DNA of 64,000 nt, from NCBI GenBank assembly GCA_030123545.1, contig CP126124.1, positions 1,451,784 through 1,515,783 on the forward strand, read 5' to 3'. The DNA is from Burkholderiaceae bacterium (GTDB lineage Bacteria > Pseudomonadota > Gammaproteobacteria > Burkholderiales > Burkholderiaceae_C). Shown here in pieces: positions 37,604 to 47,102 of the stretch. Below the pieces are notes generated by a model that saw nothing but the letters and a program-made list of their open reading frames with translations, was not told the origin of the DNA and did not search any database. The position numbers and the translations under genes were made by a program. Numbering within the stretch: the first letter of the stretch is position 1; each line of letters starts with the position of its first letter.

Positions 37604-38286
37604 GACTGCCGATCTTCGAGTACGTAGCCCATGCCACGGACGGTGTGCAGCAGTGGGCGCTCGAAGGGCAGGTCGAGCTTGCTCCGAAGGCGACGCACAG
37701 CGACGTCGATCACGTTGGTACCGTGATCGAAGTTCACGTCCCATACTTGCTCCGCGATTTCGGTACGTGACAGAACCTCGCCCTTGCGGCGCAAGAGCAG
37801 CGTCAGCAGTTGGAACTCCTTTGCGGACAGGTCGATGCGCTGGCCGGCCCGAGTAGCGCGCCGCCTCGCCAGGTCCACTTGCAAATCCCCAAGGCACAGC
37901 ACCAGCGCATCAGGCGCGGGTGCAGTACCAGCAGCGCGGCGCAGCAGCACCTCGATGCGTGCCACCAGTTCGGAAAAGGCGAACGGCTTAACGAGGTAGT
38001 CGTCCGCTCCCGTCTTCAGTCCGCGCACGCGATCCTCGATACGATGACGGGCCGTCAACATGATCACCGGCGTCTGCTTGTTCTGTCGCAGCGCGGCCAG
38101 CAAGCCAAAGCCGTCGATGCCCGGCAGCATGGTGTCGAGAACGATCAGGTCGTAGTGGCCGTCAGAGGCCATGTGGAGGCCATCGATGCCGTTGACAGCC
38201 ACATCGATCACATAGCCTTCTTCAGAGAGTCCCTTGCGAAGATAGTCCGCGAGCTTGGCTTCGTCTTCCACGATCAGCAGCTTCAT
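37600..38286 (-). CDS. czcR: OmpR-family heavy-metal response regulator
   Basis: MKLLIVEDEAKLADYL, LIVLDTMLPGIDG, winged helix ...RGMGYVL. Confidence 0.85.
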   Translation of the reverse strand: MKLLIVEDEAKLADYLRKGLSEEGYVIDVAVNGIDGLHMASDGHYDLIVLDTMLPGIDGFGLLAALRQNKQTPVIMLTARHRIEDRVRGLKTGADDYLVKPFAFSELVARIEVLLRRAAGTAPAPDALVLCLGDLQVDLARRRATRAGQRIDLSAKEFQLLTLLLRRKGEVLSRTEIAEQVWDVNFDHGTNVIDVAVRRLRSKLDLPFERPLLHTVRGMGYVLEDRQS

Positions 38287-38430
38287 GCGCAGCGTTCCTG
38301 CCGCGGTCTCTCGCAACCTGTCCAAATTGTCATCTGCACGTTTTACTCCCGTTCGGTGCCGGTTCTTACATTGTCCTCATGCCTTCGGGCATATCGATTA
38401 TCTGTACTTAGCAATGGAAAGGACCATGAA

Positions 38431-38766
38431 ATGAAACTGCCCCATATTGCTGCCTTGAAGGCCATCGTCCTGGCTACGGCACTCCCCCTGACGGCCCAGG
38501 CCAGTTCGATGTGGCATCCGGCCCCCACCGAGGAGGGCTTCACGTACCACCCGGATCACTTCCAGAGTACCAAGACACGCGCCCAGGTGATGGCCGAAGT
38601 CGAGGCAGCCCTCAAGGACGGTACGCTGGCAATCCTGCAACGTGGAGCACCGTTGCCCATCAAGAGTTCCGAAGCGCCGAAGACGCGCCAGCAGGTTGTC
38701 GATGAGATGCGCAGCGAATCACCAGAAGCGCGGCGTGCGCGGCTCGAAATGTATTTCGGCGGTTGA
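38431..38766 (+). CDS. DUF4148 domain periplasmic protein
   Basis: 111 aa: signal peptide MKLPHIAALKAIVLATALPLTAQA, then KTRAQVMAEVEAALKDG. Confidence 0.65.
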   Translation: MKLPHIAALKAIVLATALPLTAQASSMWHPAPTEEGFTYHPDHFQSTKTRAQVMAEVEAALKDGTLAILQRGAPLPIKSSEAPKTRQQVVDEMRSESPEARRARLEMYFGG

Positions 38767-38970
38767 CACTGCTGCCAATACCCTGCGCTGCCGTGCCCCT
38801 CGTGTCGCTTCGTTGCGTCAAGCGACCACAGCTATTCGAATATAGAAGCGGTCCTTATTTCATTCTGGATGAACCCGCGAGGAGGCACGCTACGCGCAGA
38901 GGACTCTGAAACAAACCCAAGCAGCGAGGAGTGGCGGATTGAAGCCTGTAGCTGCTACACTGTTACCCCT

Positions 38971-39324
38971 ATGCGCAAATGGCTGGCTATCGTCTTGCTG
39001 GTGTTCTTGCCGCTCCAATTCAGTTGGGCGGCTGTGGCCAGTTATTGCCAGCATGAAACCGGGGCCGCGGCCAAGCACTTCGGCCACCATGCGCACCAGC
39101 ACAAGGCGGCCGACGGCAAGGACGCCAGCCCTGATCCGGCCAAGACCCTGGGCGGCGATCCTGATTGCGCGTCCTGTCATGCCGGGTGCTTCTCGGTCTT
39201 GTCCGGGGAGATCAAGCTGGCGTCGTTGATCAGCCCGTCCCTGGATACAGCGTACCACCCGGAGCGCCTTGCCGCGCCTCCACCCGAACGTCTAGAGCGC
39301 CCTCAGTGGCGTGCCCTCGCCTGA
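38971..39324 (+). CDS. CzcI-like small periplasmic Cys/His protein
   Basis: 117 aa: MRKWLAIVLLVFLPLQFSWAAVASYCQHE, HHAHQH, CASCHAGC. Directly upstream of czcC. Confidence 0.6.
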   Translation: MRKWLAIVLLVFLPLQFSWAAVASYCQHETGAAAKHFGHHAHQHKAADGKDASPDPAKTLGGDPDCASCHAGCFSVLSGEIKLASLISPSLDTAYHPERLAAPPPERLERPQWRALA

Positions 39325-39490
39325 TCGGCGGGGAGCGCGTTCCTTTCCCTTCGTCCTCACCACTACCGTCGCGCATGGCGCGCTACGGTATCCAGCCGGC
39401 TTCGTGCGGCTGATGTGACGACGTTGCTGGCGATCATCTGGATCGCCCCCCGCCGATTCCCTCGTGTATTTCAAGTCACTGGAGAATCGG

Positions 39491-40816
39491 ATGTTGAAGG
39501 GTATTCACAATCGCAGGGCGAGCGCGGTCGCGGCAGGCTTGGTCTTTGCGCTCACGGCGGGGACGGCTTCCGCCCAGGCACTGCCGACGGTGCCTGGCCA
39601 TGCGCGGAGCGCCAACGGCGGGGAGCAGATTGAAGCGGCGACGCCTCTGAGCCTGCAAGAGGCCATCGCGCTGGCTTTGGAGGGGAATCTTGACCTGACC
39701 GTCGCCCAACGGGAAATCGAGGCCGTGGAAGGCCAGGTAATTCAGGGACGAGTACGTCCCAATCCCGAACTGACGTACTCGCTCGAAGACCAACGCACGC
39801 CAACCCGCACGCAAAGCGTCCAGATCAATCTACCCATCGAACTGGGGGGCAAGCGCGCTGCCCGCATTGCCGCGGCAGAGCGGGGGCGTGACGTCGCAGT
39901 TGAAGAACTGAACACGCGGCGTGTCGAAATTCGCGCCGCAGTGGTCTCCGCCTTTTTCGAGGCGTTGGCTGCCCAGGATCGCACGATGCTGGCTCAGGAC
40001 AGCGTCGATCTGGCCAAGAAAGCGACGGATGCAGTCGCAAAGCGCGTGACGGCGGGCAAGGTGTCCCCAGTCGAGGAGACCAAGGCTCGGGTGGCCGAAG
40101 CTGGCGTGCGAGTTGAACTGGCGCAGGCTCAGAGCGAGCAACGCAGCACCCGCGCACGGCTGGCGGGTTTGCTGGGAGCCAATCCACCGCGATTCACCCA
40201 AGTGGCAGGCAGTGTGGACGATCTTCCGGCCGTCCCTTCACTGGATGACATCCAGCAGCGCCTGTCGGCCTCATCGGCACTGCGCCGGGCGCAGTTGGAG
40301 GTCGAACGCCGTCGGTCGCTGGCCGACGTGGAGCGCAGCAAGCAGACGCCCGACGTCACGGTCAGCCTGGGTGTGAAGCGTCCGAACGAGTTAGCGCGCA
40401 ATCAGTTAGTGCTCGGCATTTCCGTGCCGCTGCCTTTGTTCGATCGCAATCAGGGCAATCTGCTGGAAGCGCTGAAGCGTGAAGACAAGGCGCGGGATGA
40501 ACTCCAGGCGTTGAATCTACGCCTCAGCACAGAAGTGTCGCAAGCCCGCGAGCGGCTGGCGTCGGTTCGCGGCGAGATCGACGTATTGCAGCGAGAGGTG
40601 CTGCCAGGGGCCAAGAGCGCCTATGACGCGGCCACCGTGGGTTTTGGGTACGGCAAGTTCAACTTTCTGGAAATGCTGGACGCGCAACGCACTTACTTTG
40701 CCGCCAAGTCCCAGTACCTCAAGGCGCTCGCCGATGCGCATCGCGCGGCGGCGGACATGGATCGCGTGATCGGCGCATCCGAACCCACGATCACCCCGCC
40801 TGCAAATAAGGAATGA
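39491..40816 (+). CDS. czcC: outer-membrane factor of the heavy-metal RND efflux system
   Basis: 441 aa from MLKGIHNRR. TolC-family repeats; LSLQEAIALALEGNLDL. Confidence 0.85.
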   Translation: MLKGIHNRRASAVAAGLVFALTAGTASAQALPTVPGHARSANGGEQIEAATPLSLQEAIALALEGNLDLTVAQREIEAVEGQVIQGRVRPNPELTYSLEDQRTPTRTQSVQINLPIELGGKRAARIAAAERGRDVAVEELNTRRVEIRAAVVSAFFEALAAQDRTMLAQDSVDLAKKATDAVAKRVTAGKVSPVEETKARVAEAGVRVELAQAQSEQRSTRARLAGLLGANPPRFTQVAGSVDDLPAVPSLDDIQQRLSASSALRRAQLEVERRRSLADVERSKQTPDVTVSLGVKRPNELARNQLVLGISVPLPLFDRNQGNLLEALKREDKARDELQALNLRLSTEVSQARERLASVRGEIDVLQREVLPGAKSAYDAATVGFGYGKFNFLEMLDAQRTYFAAKSQYLKALADAHRAAADMDRVIGASEPTITPPANKE

Positions 40817-42411
40817 ACATGAAACCCGAAACGAACAAACTGAACGTCGGCAAGAAGCAGTGGATTGCCATCGTCGTGATCGCCGCAGTGGGCATAGGAC
40901 TGGGCAGCGCCATTCTCGGCGGCAAGACGGGCAAGAGCGCCGAGGGCGAGGGCCACGGCAGCCACGTTGAAGCCAAGGCCCACAGTGATGGTGAGCATCA
41001 TGGCAAGACAGGCGCAGACTCCCACGAGGATGACAAAGGCCATGCGGACGGCGAGCACCACGAGGGATCAAGCAAGGGCCCGCATGGCGGCAAGCTGTTC
41101 AAAGAAGGGGACTTTGGATTGGAAGCCTTACTCGCTGAGGACGGCGGCGAACCACGTCTGCGAATCTGGCTTTACGAAAAGGAAAAGGCGCTAGCCAGCA
41201 GCGCCGCCAAGGTCAGCGCTACCGTTACACGCTTGACTGGGGAGAAGCAGGCGCTCAACTTCACGCCCGACAAGGACAGCCTGTTGAGTCGAGAGATTGT
41301 GCCGGAACCCCATGCGTTCGAGATCAACATCGTGGCTCAGACGGCCAACGCGCCTTTCACGTTCAGCTTCAGCCAGGAGGAAGGAAAAGTCGAACTCAGC
41401 GATCCGCAAATCAAGGCTGCATCCATCGGCATTGACACCGCAGGGGCTGCAAGCATCAAGTCCGCCCTGCAATTGCCGGGTGAGATTAGACTGAATGAAG
41501 ACCGCACCTCGCACGTTGTTCCGCGCATTGCGGGTGTTGTCGAAAGTGTGCAGGCCAGTTTGGGGCAAACGGTCAAGAAGGGACAGGTGCTCGCCGTTAT
41601 CGCCAGCCCTGCCGCATCCGAGCAGCGCAGCGAGTTGCAGACGGCGCAAAAGCGGCTGGCCTTGGCCCAGACAACTTTTGAACGCGAGAAGCGGCTGTGG
41701 GAACAGAAGATTTCCGCCGAGCAGGACTACCTGCAAGCCGGCCAGGCACTGAACGAGGCGCAGGTCGCCGTGGCCAACGCGCAGCAGAAGCTGTCGGCCG
41801 TGGGCTTGGCCCCAGGTTCCTCGGGCGGGCTGAACCGCTTCGAGCTGCGTGCGCCTTTCGATGGCGTGGTGATTGAAAAGCACCTCAGCCTGGGCGAGGC
41901 CGTCAAGGAAGACGCCGCCGTGTTCACGGTGTCCGACCTGGGCCAGGTCTGGGCAGAGATCAACGTGCCCGCCAAGGATTTGCCGCTGGTCAGAGTGGGT
42001 GAAAAGGTCAGCATCAAAGCCACAGCATTCGATGCCAGCGCGCAAGGGACCATCACTTTCGTGGGTGCGCTGATCGGCGAACAAACCCGCATGGCCAAGG
42101 CTCGTGTGGTCTTGGCCAATCCCCAGGGCGCGTGGCGTCCCGGCCTGTTCGTCAATGTGGAAGTGATCGCGTCCGAAACCGCCGTGCCAGTCAGCGTGGC
42201 TAGCGACGCTATTCAGAGCGTGGGGGACAAGCCGGTCGTTTTCGTCAAGGTGAAGGACGGCTTTGTGGCCCAGCCTGTGCAGTTGGGTCGCAGCGATGGC
42301 AAGCGGGTCGAGGTACTGCAAGGTCTTCAAGCAGGGGCGGCATATGCGGCCGCAGGCAGTTTCGTCGTGAAGTCTGAACTCGGCAAAGCCTCTGCCGAGC
42401 ACACCCATTGA
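40813..42411 (+). CDS. czcB: membrane fusion protein of the heavy-metal RND efflux system (His-rich N-terminus)
   Basis: 532 aa: GHGSHVEAKAHSDGEHHGKTGADSHEDDKGHADGEHHEG, then an HlyD-like fold. Alternative ATG at 40819. Confidence 0.88.
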   Translation: MNMKPETNKLNVGKKQWIAIVVIAAVGIGLGSAILGGKTGKSAEGEGHGSHVEAKAHSDGEHHGKTGADSHEDDKGHADGEHHEGSSKGPHGGKLFKEGDFGLEALLAEDGGEPRLRIWLYEKEKALASSAAKVSATVTRLTGEKQALNFTPDKDSLLSREIVPEPHAFEINIVAQTANAPFTFSFSQEEGKVELSDPQIKAASIGIDTAGAASIKSALQLPGEIRLNEDRTSHVVPRIAGVVESVQASLGQTVKKGQVLAVIASPAASEQRSELQTAQKRLALAQTTFEREKRLWEQKISAEQDYLQAGQALNEAQVAVANAQQKLSAVGLAPGSSGGLNRFELRAPFDGVVIEKHLSLGEAVKEDAAVFTVSDLGQVWAEINVPAKDLPLVRVGEKVSIKATAFDASAQGTITFVGALIGEQTRMAKARVVLANPQGAWRPGLFVNVEVIASETAVPVSVASDAIQSVGDKPVVFVKVKDGFVAQPVQLGRSDGKRVEVLQGLQAGAAYAAAGSFVVKSELGKASAEHTH

Positions 42412-42427
42412 TGCCGGAGCTACGCCC

Positions 42428-45400
42428 ATGTTTGAAAAACTTATTCGCGCGGCCATCGAGCACCGATGGCTAGTGTTGTTAGCTGCCATTGGCATGGCCG
42501 CCGTCGGCGTGTTCAGCTACCAGAAGTTGCCCATCGACGCCGTGCCGGACATCACCAACGTCCAAGTGCAGATCAATACCCAGGCGCCGGGCTATTCACC
42601 GTTGGAGACCGAGCAACGGGTGACCTACCCCATTGAAACCGTGATGGCGGGCCTGCCCAACCTGGAGCAAACCCGCTCTCTTTCGCGCTATGGCCTCTCG
42701 CAAGTGACCGTGATCTTCAAGGACGGCACCGACATTTACTTTGCGCGCCAGTTGGTCAATGAGCGCATCCAGGAAGCACGGGATAAATTGCCGGTCGGCA
42801 TCACACCTGCGCTGGGGCCGATCTCCACCGGCCTGGGGGAGATTTACCTGTGGACGGTCGAGGCGAAGGACGGTGCGAAGAAACCCGACGGCATGCCCTA
42901 CACGGCAACAGACCTGCGCGAGATTCAGGATTGGATCATCAAGCCGCAGTTGCGCAACGTGCCCGGTGTGACTGAAATCAACTCGATTGGCGGTTATGCC
43001 AAGGAGTATCAGATCGCACCTATACCCGCTCGCTTGGCTTCGCTCGGCGTTACCCTGCAAGACATCGTGACGGCACTGGATCGCAACAACGGCAACGTGG
43101 GTGCGGGCTATATCGAGAAGCGCGGCGAGCAGTACCTGATCCGTGCGCCTGGGCAAGTCAAGACCCTGGAGGACATTGGCAACGTTATCCTCAGCAGTGC
43201 GGGCGGCGTGCCGATACGGGTGCGTGACGTGGCGGACGTGGGGCTGGGGCGTGAACTGCGCACCGGCGCGGCCACGGACAACGGCCGCGAGGTGGTGCTG
43301 GGCACTGTGTTCATGCTCATCGGCCAGAACAGCCGTACGGTTTCGCAGGCCGTGGACAAGAAGATGGTGGAGATCAACCGCAGCTTGCCCGAGGGCGTGC
43401 ATGCGGTGACGGTCTACGACCGCACTGTGCTGGTGGACAAGGCCATCGCCACAGTGAAGAAGAACCTGCTGGAAGGTGCGATCCTGGTGATCGTGATCCT
43501 GTTCCTGTTCCTGGGCAACATCCGCGCGGCCATCATCACGGCGACAGTGATTCCCTTGTCGATGCTGTTCACCTTCACTGGCATGGTGCATTACAAGGTG
43601 AGCGCCAACCTGATGAGCCTCGGGGCGCTGGACTTCGGCATCATCATCGACGGAGCGGTGGTGATCGTCGAGAACTGCGTGCGCCGCCTGGCTCATGCGC
43701 AGGCGCACTATGGCAGGCCCTTGACACGGGCAGAACGCTTTCATGAGGTATTCCTGGCGTCCAAGGAATCGCGCCGCGCGCTGCTGTTCGGACAGCTCAT
43801 CATCATGGTGGTGTACTTACCCATCTTCGCCCTGACGGGCGTGGAAGGGAAGATGTTCCACCCGATGGCGTTCACGGTGGTGGCTGCGCTCGTGGGGGCC
43901 ATGATCCTGTCGGTGACTTTCATTCCGGCAGCGGTCGCCCTGTTCATCGGCCATCGGGTCAGCGAGACGGAAAACTTCCTGGTTGTACAGGCCAAGCGCT
44001 GGTATGGCCCGCTGCTGGATCGCGTGATGGCGGCCAAAGCGGTGGTGCTCGCGGCAGCCGCCGTGGCAGTGGTGCTGTGCGGCCTGATCGCCACCCGCAT
44101 GGGCAGCGAGTTCGTGCCCAGCCTGAACGAAGGCGACTTCGCCATCCAGGCCCTGCGCATTCCCGGTACCAGCCTGTCGCAATCGGTCGCGATGCAGCAG
44201 CGCCTGGAGGCGACGCTGAAGGCTAAGTTCTCCGAGATCGACCGCGTTTTCGCGCGCACCGGCACGGCGGAAATCGCGTCCGACCCCATGCCGCCGAACA
44301 TTTCCGACGGCTACATCATGCTTAAGCCGGTGTCCGAGTGGCCGGAGCCGCGCAAGTCGCGCGACGAATTGCTGGCGGCCATTCAGGAGGTCGTGGGCAA
44401 GGTGCCGGGCAACAACTACGAGTTCTCGCAGCCGATCCAATTGCGCTTCAACGAACTTATCTCAGGGGTTCGCAGCGATGTGGCGGTGAAGATTTTTGGC
44501 GACGACATGGATGTCCTGAATAAGACAGGTGAAGAAATCTCGTCCATGTTGCAGAAGATTCCCGGCGCGTCCGAGGTCAAGGTGGAGCAGACCACCGGCT
44601 TGCCCATGCTGACCGTGAATATCGACCGCCAAAAAGCCTCGCGCTATGGGCTGAACGTGGCCGACATCCAGGACGCCGTGGCCACCGCCATCGGCGGGCG
44701 CGAGGCTGGCACGCTGTTCGAAGGCGACCGCCGCTTCGACATCCTGGTTCGCCTGCCGGAGTCCTTGCGCAACGACCTGGAAAGCATGAAGCGCCTGCCG
44801 ATTCCGCTGCCGCGCGGAACGGGTGGCACCGGCAGTGCCGAAGGACGGACGAACTTCATCCAACTGGCCGAGGTGGCGAGCTTTGAACTGGCACCCGGCC
44901 CCAACCAGGTCAGCCGCGAAAACGGCAAGCGCCGCATCGTGGTGAGCGCCAACGTGCGCGGCCGTGACGTGGGCTCATTCGTGGCTGACGCCGAGGCGGC
45001 GCTGGCACAGGTCAAGATTCCCACGGGCTACTGGACGAGTTGGGGCGGCACTTTCGAGAACCTGCAATCAGCCACGCAGCGTTTGCAGATCGTCGTGCCG
45101 GTGTCGCTGCTGCTGGTCTTCCTGCTGTTGTTCGCCATGTTCGGCAACGTCAAAGACGGCTTGCTGGTCTTCACTGGCATTCCGTTCGCGCTGACCGGCG
45201 GCATCTTGGCGCTGTGGCTGCGCGACATTCCTCTGTCCATTTCCGCTGCCGTGGGCTTCATCGCGCTGTCAGGTGTGGCCGTGCTCAATGGCCTAGTGAT
45301 GATTTCCTACATCCGCAGCTTGCGCGAGGACGGAACACCACTGGATGAAGCCATCCGCGCGGGCGCGCTGACGCGCTTGCGGCCGGTGCTGATGACAGCC

Positions 45401-45616
45401 CTGGTGGCGTCGCTGGGTTTTATCCCGATGGCAATTGCCACGGGAACAGGCGCGGAAGTGCAGCGCCCCCTGGCTACCGTAGTGATCGGAGGCATCTTGT
45501 CTTCCACGGTGCTGACGCTGCTGGTGTTACCGATTCTGTATCGGCTGGCCCATCGCCCGGACGAGCAGGAAGAGGATGTCACGGCAGAGCCTGCACATGA
45601 GGGCGTAGCCGCTTGA
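42428..45616 (+). CDS. czcA: heavy-metal efflux RND permease
   Basis: 1062 aa: ALDFGIIIDGAVVIVEN, 12 TM segments. Confidence 0.93.
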   Translation: MFEKLIRAAIEHRWLVLLAAIGMAAVGVFSYQKLPIDAVPDITNVQVQINTQAPGYSPLETEQRVTYPIETVMAGLPNLEQTRSLSRYGLSQVTVIFKDGTDIYFARQLVNERIQEARDKLPVGITPALGPISTGLGEIYLWTVEAKDGAKKPDGMPYTATDLREIQDWIIKPQLRNVPGVTEINSIGGYAKEYQIAPIPARLASLGVTLQDIVTALDRNNGNVGAGYIEKRGEQYLIRAPGQVKTLEDIGNVILSSAGGVPIRVRDVADVGLGRELRTGAATDNGREVVLGTVFMLIGQNSRTVSQAVDKKMVEINRSLPEGVHAVTVYDRTVLVDKAIATVKKNLLEGAILVIVILFLFLGNIRAAIITATVIPLSMLFTFTGMVHYKVSANLMSLGALDFGIIIDGAVVIVENCVRRLAHAQAHYGRPLTRAERFHEVFLASKESRRALLFGQLIIMVVYLPIFALTGVEGKMFHPMAFTVVAALVGAMILSVTFIPAAVALFIGHRVSETENFLVVQAKRWYGPLLDRVMAAKAVVLAAAAVAVVLCGLIATRMGSEFVPSLNEGDFAIQALRIPGTSLSQSVAMQQRLEATLKAKFSEIDRVFARTGTAEIASDPMPPNISDGYIMLKPVSEWPEPRKSRDELLAAIQEVVGKVPGNNYEFSQPIQLRFNELISGVRSDVAVKIFGDDMDVLNKTGEEISSMLQKIPGASEVKVEQTTGLPMLTVNIDRQKASRYGLNVADIQDAVATAIGGREAGTLFEGDRRFDILVRLPESLRNDLESMKRLPIPLPRGTGGTGSAEGRTNFIQLAEVASFELAPGPNQVSRENGKRRIVVSANVRGRDVGSFVADAEAALAQVKIPTGYWTSWGGTFENLQSATQRLQIVVPVSLLLVFLLLFAMFGNVKDGLLVFTGIPFALTGGILALWLRDIPLSISAAVGFIALSGVAVLNGLVMISYIRSLREDGTPLDEAIRAGALTRLRPVLMTALVASLGFIPMAIATGTGAEVQRPLATVVIGGILSSTVLTLLVLPILYRLAHRPDEQEEDVTAEPAHEGVAA

Positions 45617-45685
45617 AAGGAACAACGATGAACGCCGTTACGGCACCACGACAGACTCCTTCAAGCTTTACAGGGACATCGACTC

Positions 45686-46579
45686 ATGGAATTGCGTCAC
45701 CTCCGGTACTTTCTGGCCGTTGCCGAAGAGCTTCACTTCGCCCGCGCTGCGGAGCGGCTGCATATCGAACAGTCACCACTGTCGCGCGCCATCAGGGAAT
45801 TGGAAGAGGAATTGGGCGCGCAACTGTTCGTGCGTACCAGCCGCAGCACGCGCCTGACGCTGGCGGGCAAGCTGCTGATGGAGAACGCGCCTCGCGTGCT
45901 GCTGGCGCTGGACCAGGCGCGTGAGAGCGTGAAGGCGGCAGCCAATGGCTTTCACGGCCGGTTGCGCGTGGCGCTGTCCGACGGCATCACCCCCTCGCGC
46001 CTGCCGGCGCTGCTGGCGCGCTGCCGCGAGGAAGACCCGGAGATCGAGATCCGCCTGTTCGAGGTGCCGCTGGCCCAGCAACTCAGCGGCCTGCGTGACG
46101 ATCTATACGACGCGGGCTTCTCGATGGCCGACGAGGTGGGCGACGGCATCATCATCGAACCCGCCTGGGAGGATGAGCTGATGGTCGCCATGCCCGCGCG
46201 CCATGAACTACTGGCCCACAGGCGGGTACCGCTGGATGAAGTGCTGCAACATCCCCTGGTGCTGGGCGACCCGGCAGTTTGCGAAGGCCATGCCAAGCAG
46301 ATCGACCGCATCCTGCGCAAGCAGGACCGGGAGCCCTTGATCGAACAGTACGTCGCCACGTTCGACGTGATGATGACTTTCGTGTCGGCCGGCTTGGCGC
46401 TGGGGCTCGCAGGCGCCGCGCACATCGCTTCCAGCCGCGAGCCGGGCGTGGTGGGCCGACCGCTCGCGGGAAAGTCGCCCATGCTCACTACCTATCTGCT
46501 GCGCCGCGACGCCGAGCCGTCGCAGGCGCTAGCCCGCTTTATCGAGCGGGTCGAAGCCCTGGGACCGGGAGACGCTTAG
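45686..46579 (+). CDS. LysR-family transcriptional regulator
   Basis: MELRHLRYFLAVAEELHFARAAERLHIEQSPLSRAIRELEEELG. Confidence 0.88.
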   Translation: MELRHLRYFLAVAEELHFARAAERLHIEQSPLSRAIRELEEELGAQLFVRTSRSTRLTLAGKLLMENAPRVLLALDQARESVKAAANGFHGRLRVALSDGITPSRLPALLARCREEDPEIEIRLFEVPLAQQLSGLRDDLYDAGFSMADEVGDGIIIEPAWEDELMVAMPARHELLAHRRVPLDEVLQHPLVLGDPAVCEGHAKQIDRILRKQDREPLIEQYVATFDVMMTFVSAGLALGLAGAAHIASSREPGVVGRPLAGKSPMLTTYLLRRDAEPSQALARFIERVEALGPGDA

Positions 46580-46614
46580 CCATTGGCCCCGTTTCACTTC
46601 GGAGGATTCAAGCC

Positions 46615-46887
46615 ATGAACCTATCCAAGATCATCGCTATGTCGTCGCTAGCAGTTCTGCTGGTCGCCTGCGGCAAGTCTGAGCCGTCCAAGCCCGCCGC
46701 CGTGCCCAGCGTGGAGGAACTGGCTGCTGACCCCGTGCGTTTGCGAGAACTGCGCCAGCAGTGCAAGACGGATCGTCCGACGATGGGCGACGTGCTGTGC
46801 AACCGAGTGGCCGAGGCGACGAACCGGCGTTTCCTGGGTGACGGCAAGGTGCCTTATACGCCGCCGAAGGAACCGCCGAAGTTCTGA
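46615..46887 (+). CDS. EexN-family entry-exclusion lipoprotein
   Basis: 90 aa: MNLSKIIAMSSLAVLLVAC lipobox, ELAADPVRLRELRQQC. GGAGGA RBS. Directly upstream of traG. Confidence 0.7.
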   Translation: MNLSKIIAMSSLAVLLVACGKSEPSKPAAVPSVEELAADPVRLRELRQQCKTDRPTMGDVLCNRVAEATNRRFLGDGKVPYTPPKEPPKF

Positions 46888-47102
46888 TGGTCGGTTTGCC
46901 GCAACGCACCTGCGCGTGCCTGCGCCTTTTTGCGCGCTGCGCAGCAGCGCGCCCGTTGTGGCGGTCTTTCGCCCCAGTTCTTCCCTGCCGGAAACCATGC
47001 TTTTTGCGGCATCAACCTGCCGATAACGGTCTTTGACCGGCACGCCCAGCGGCACTGATCCTCACGAGGGCGGCACATGCCTGTGCCGCGATCGGAGGCT
47101 GG

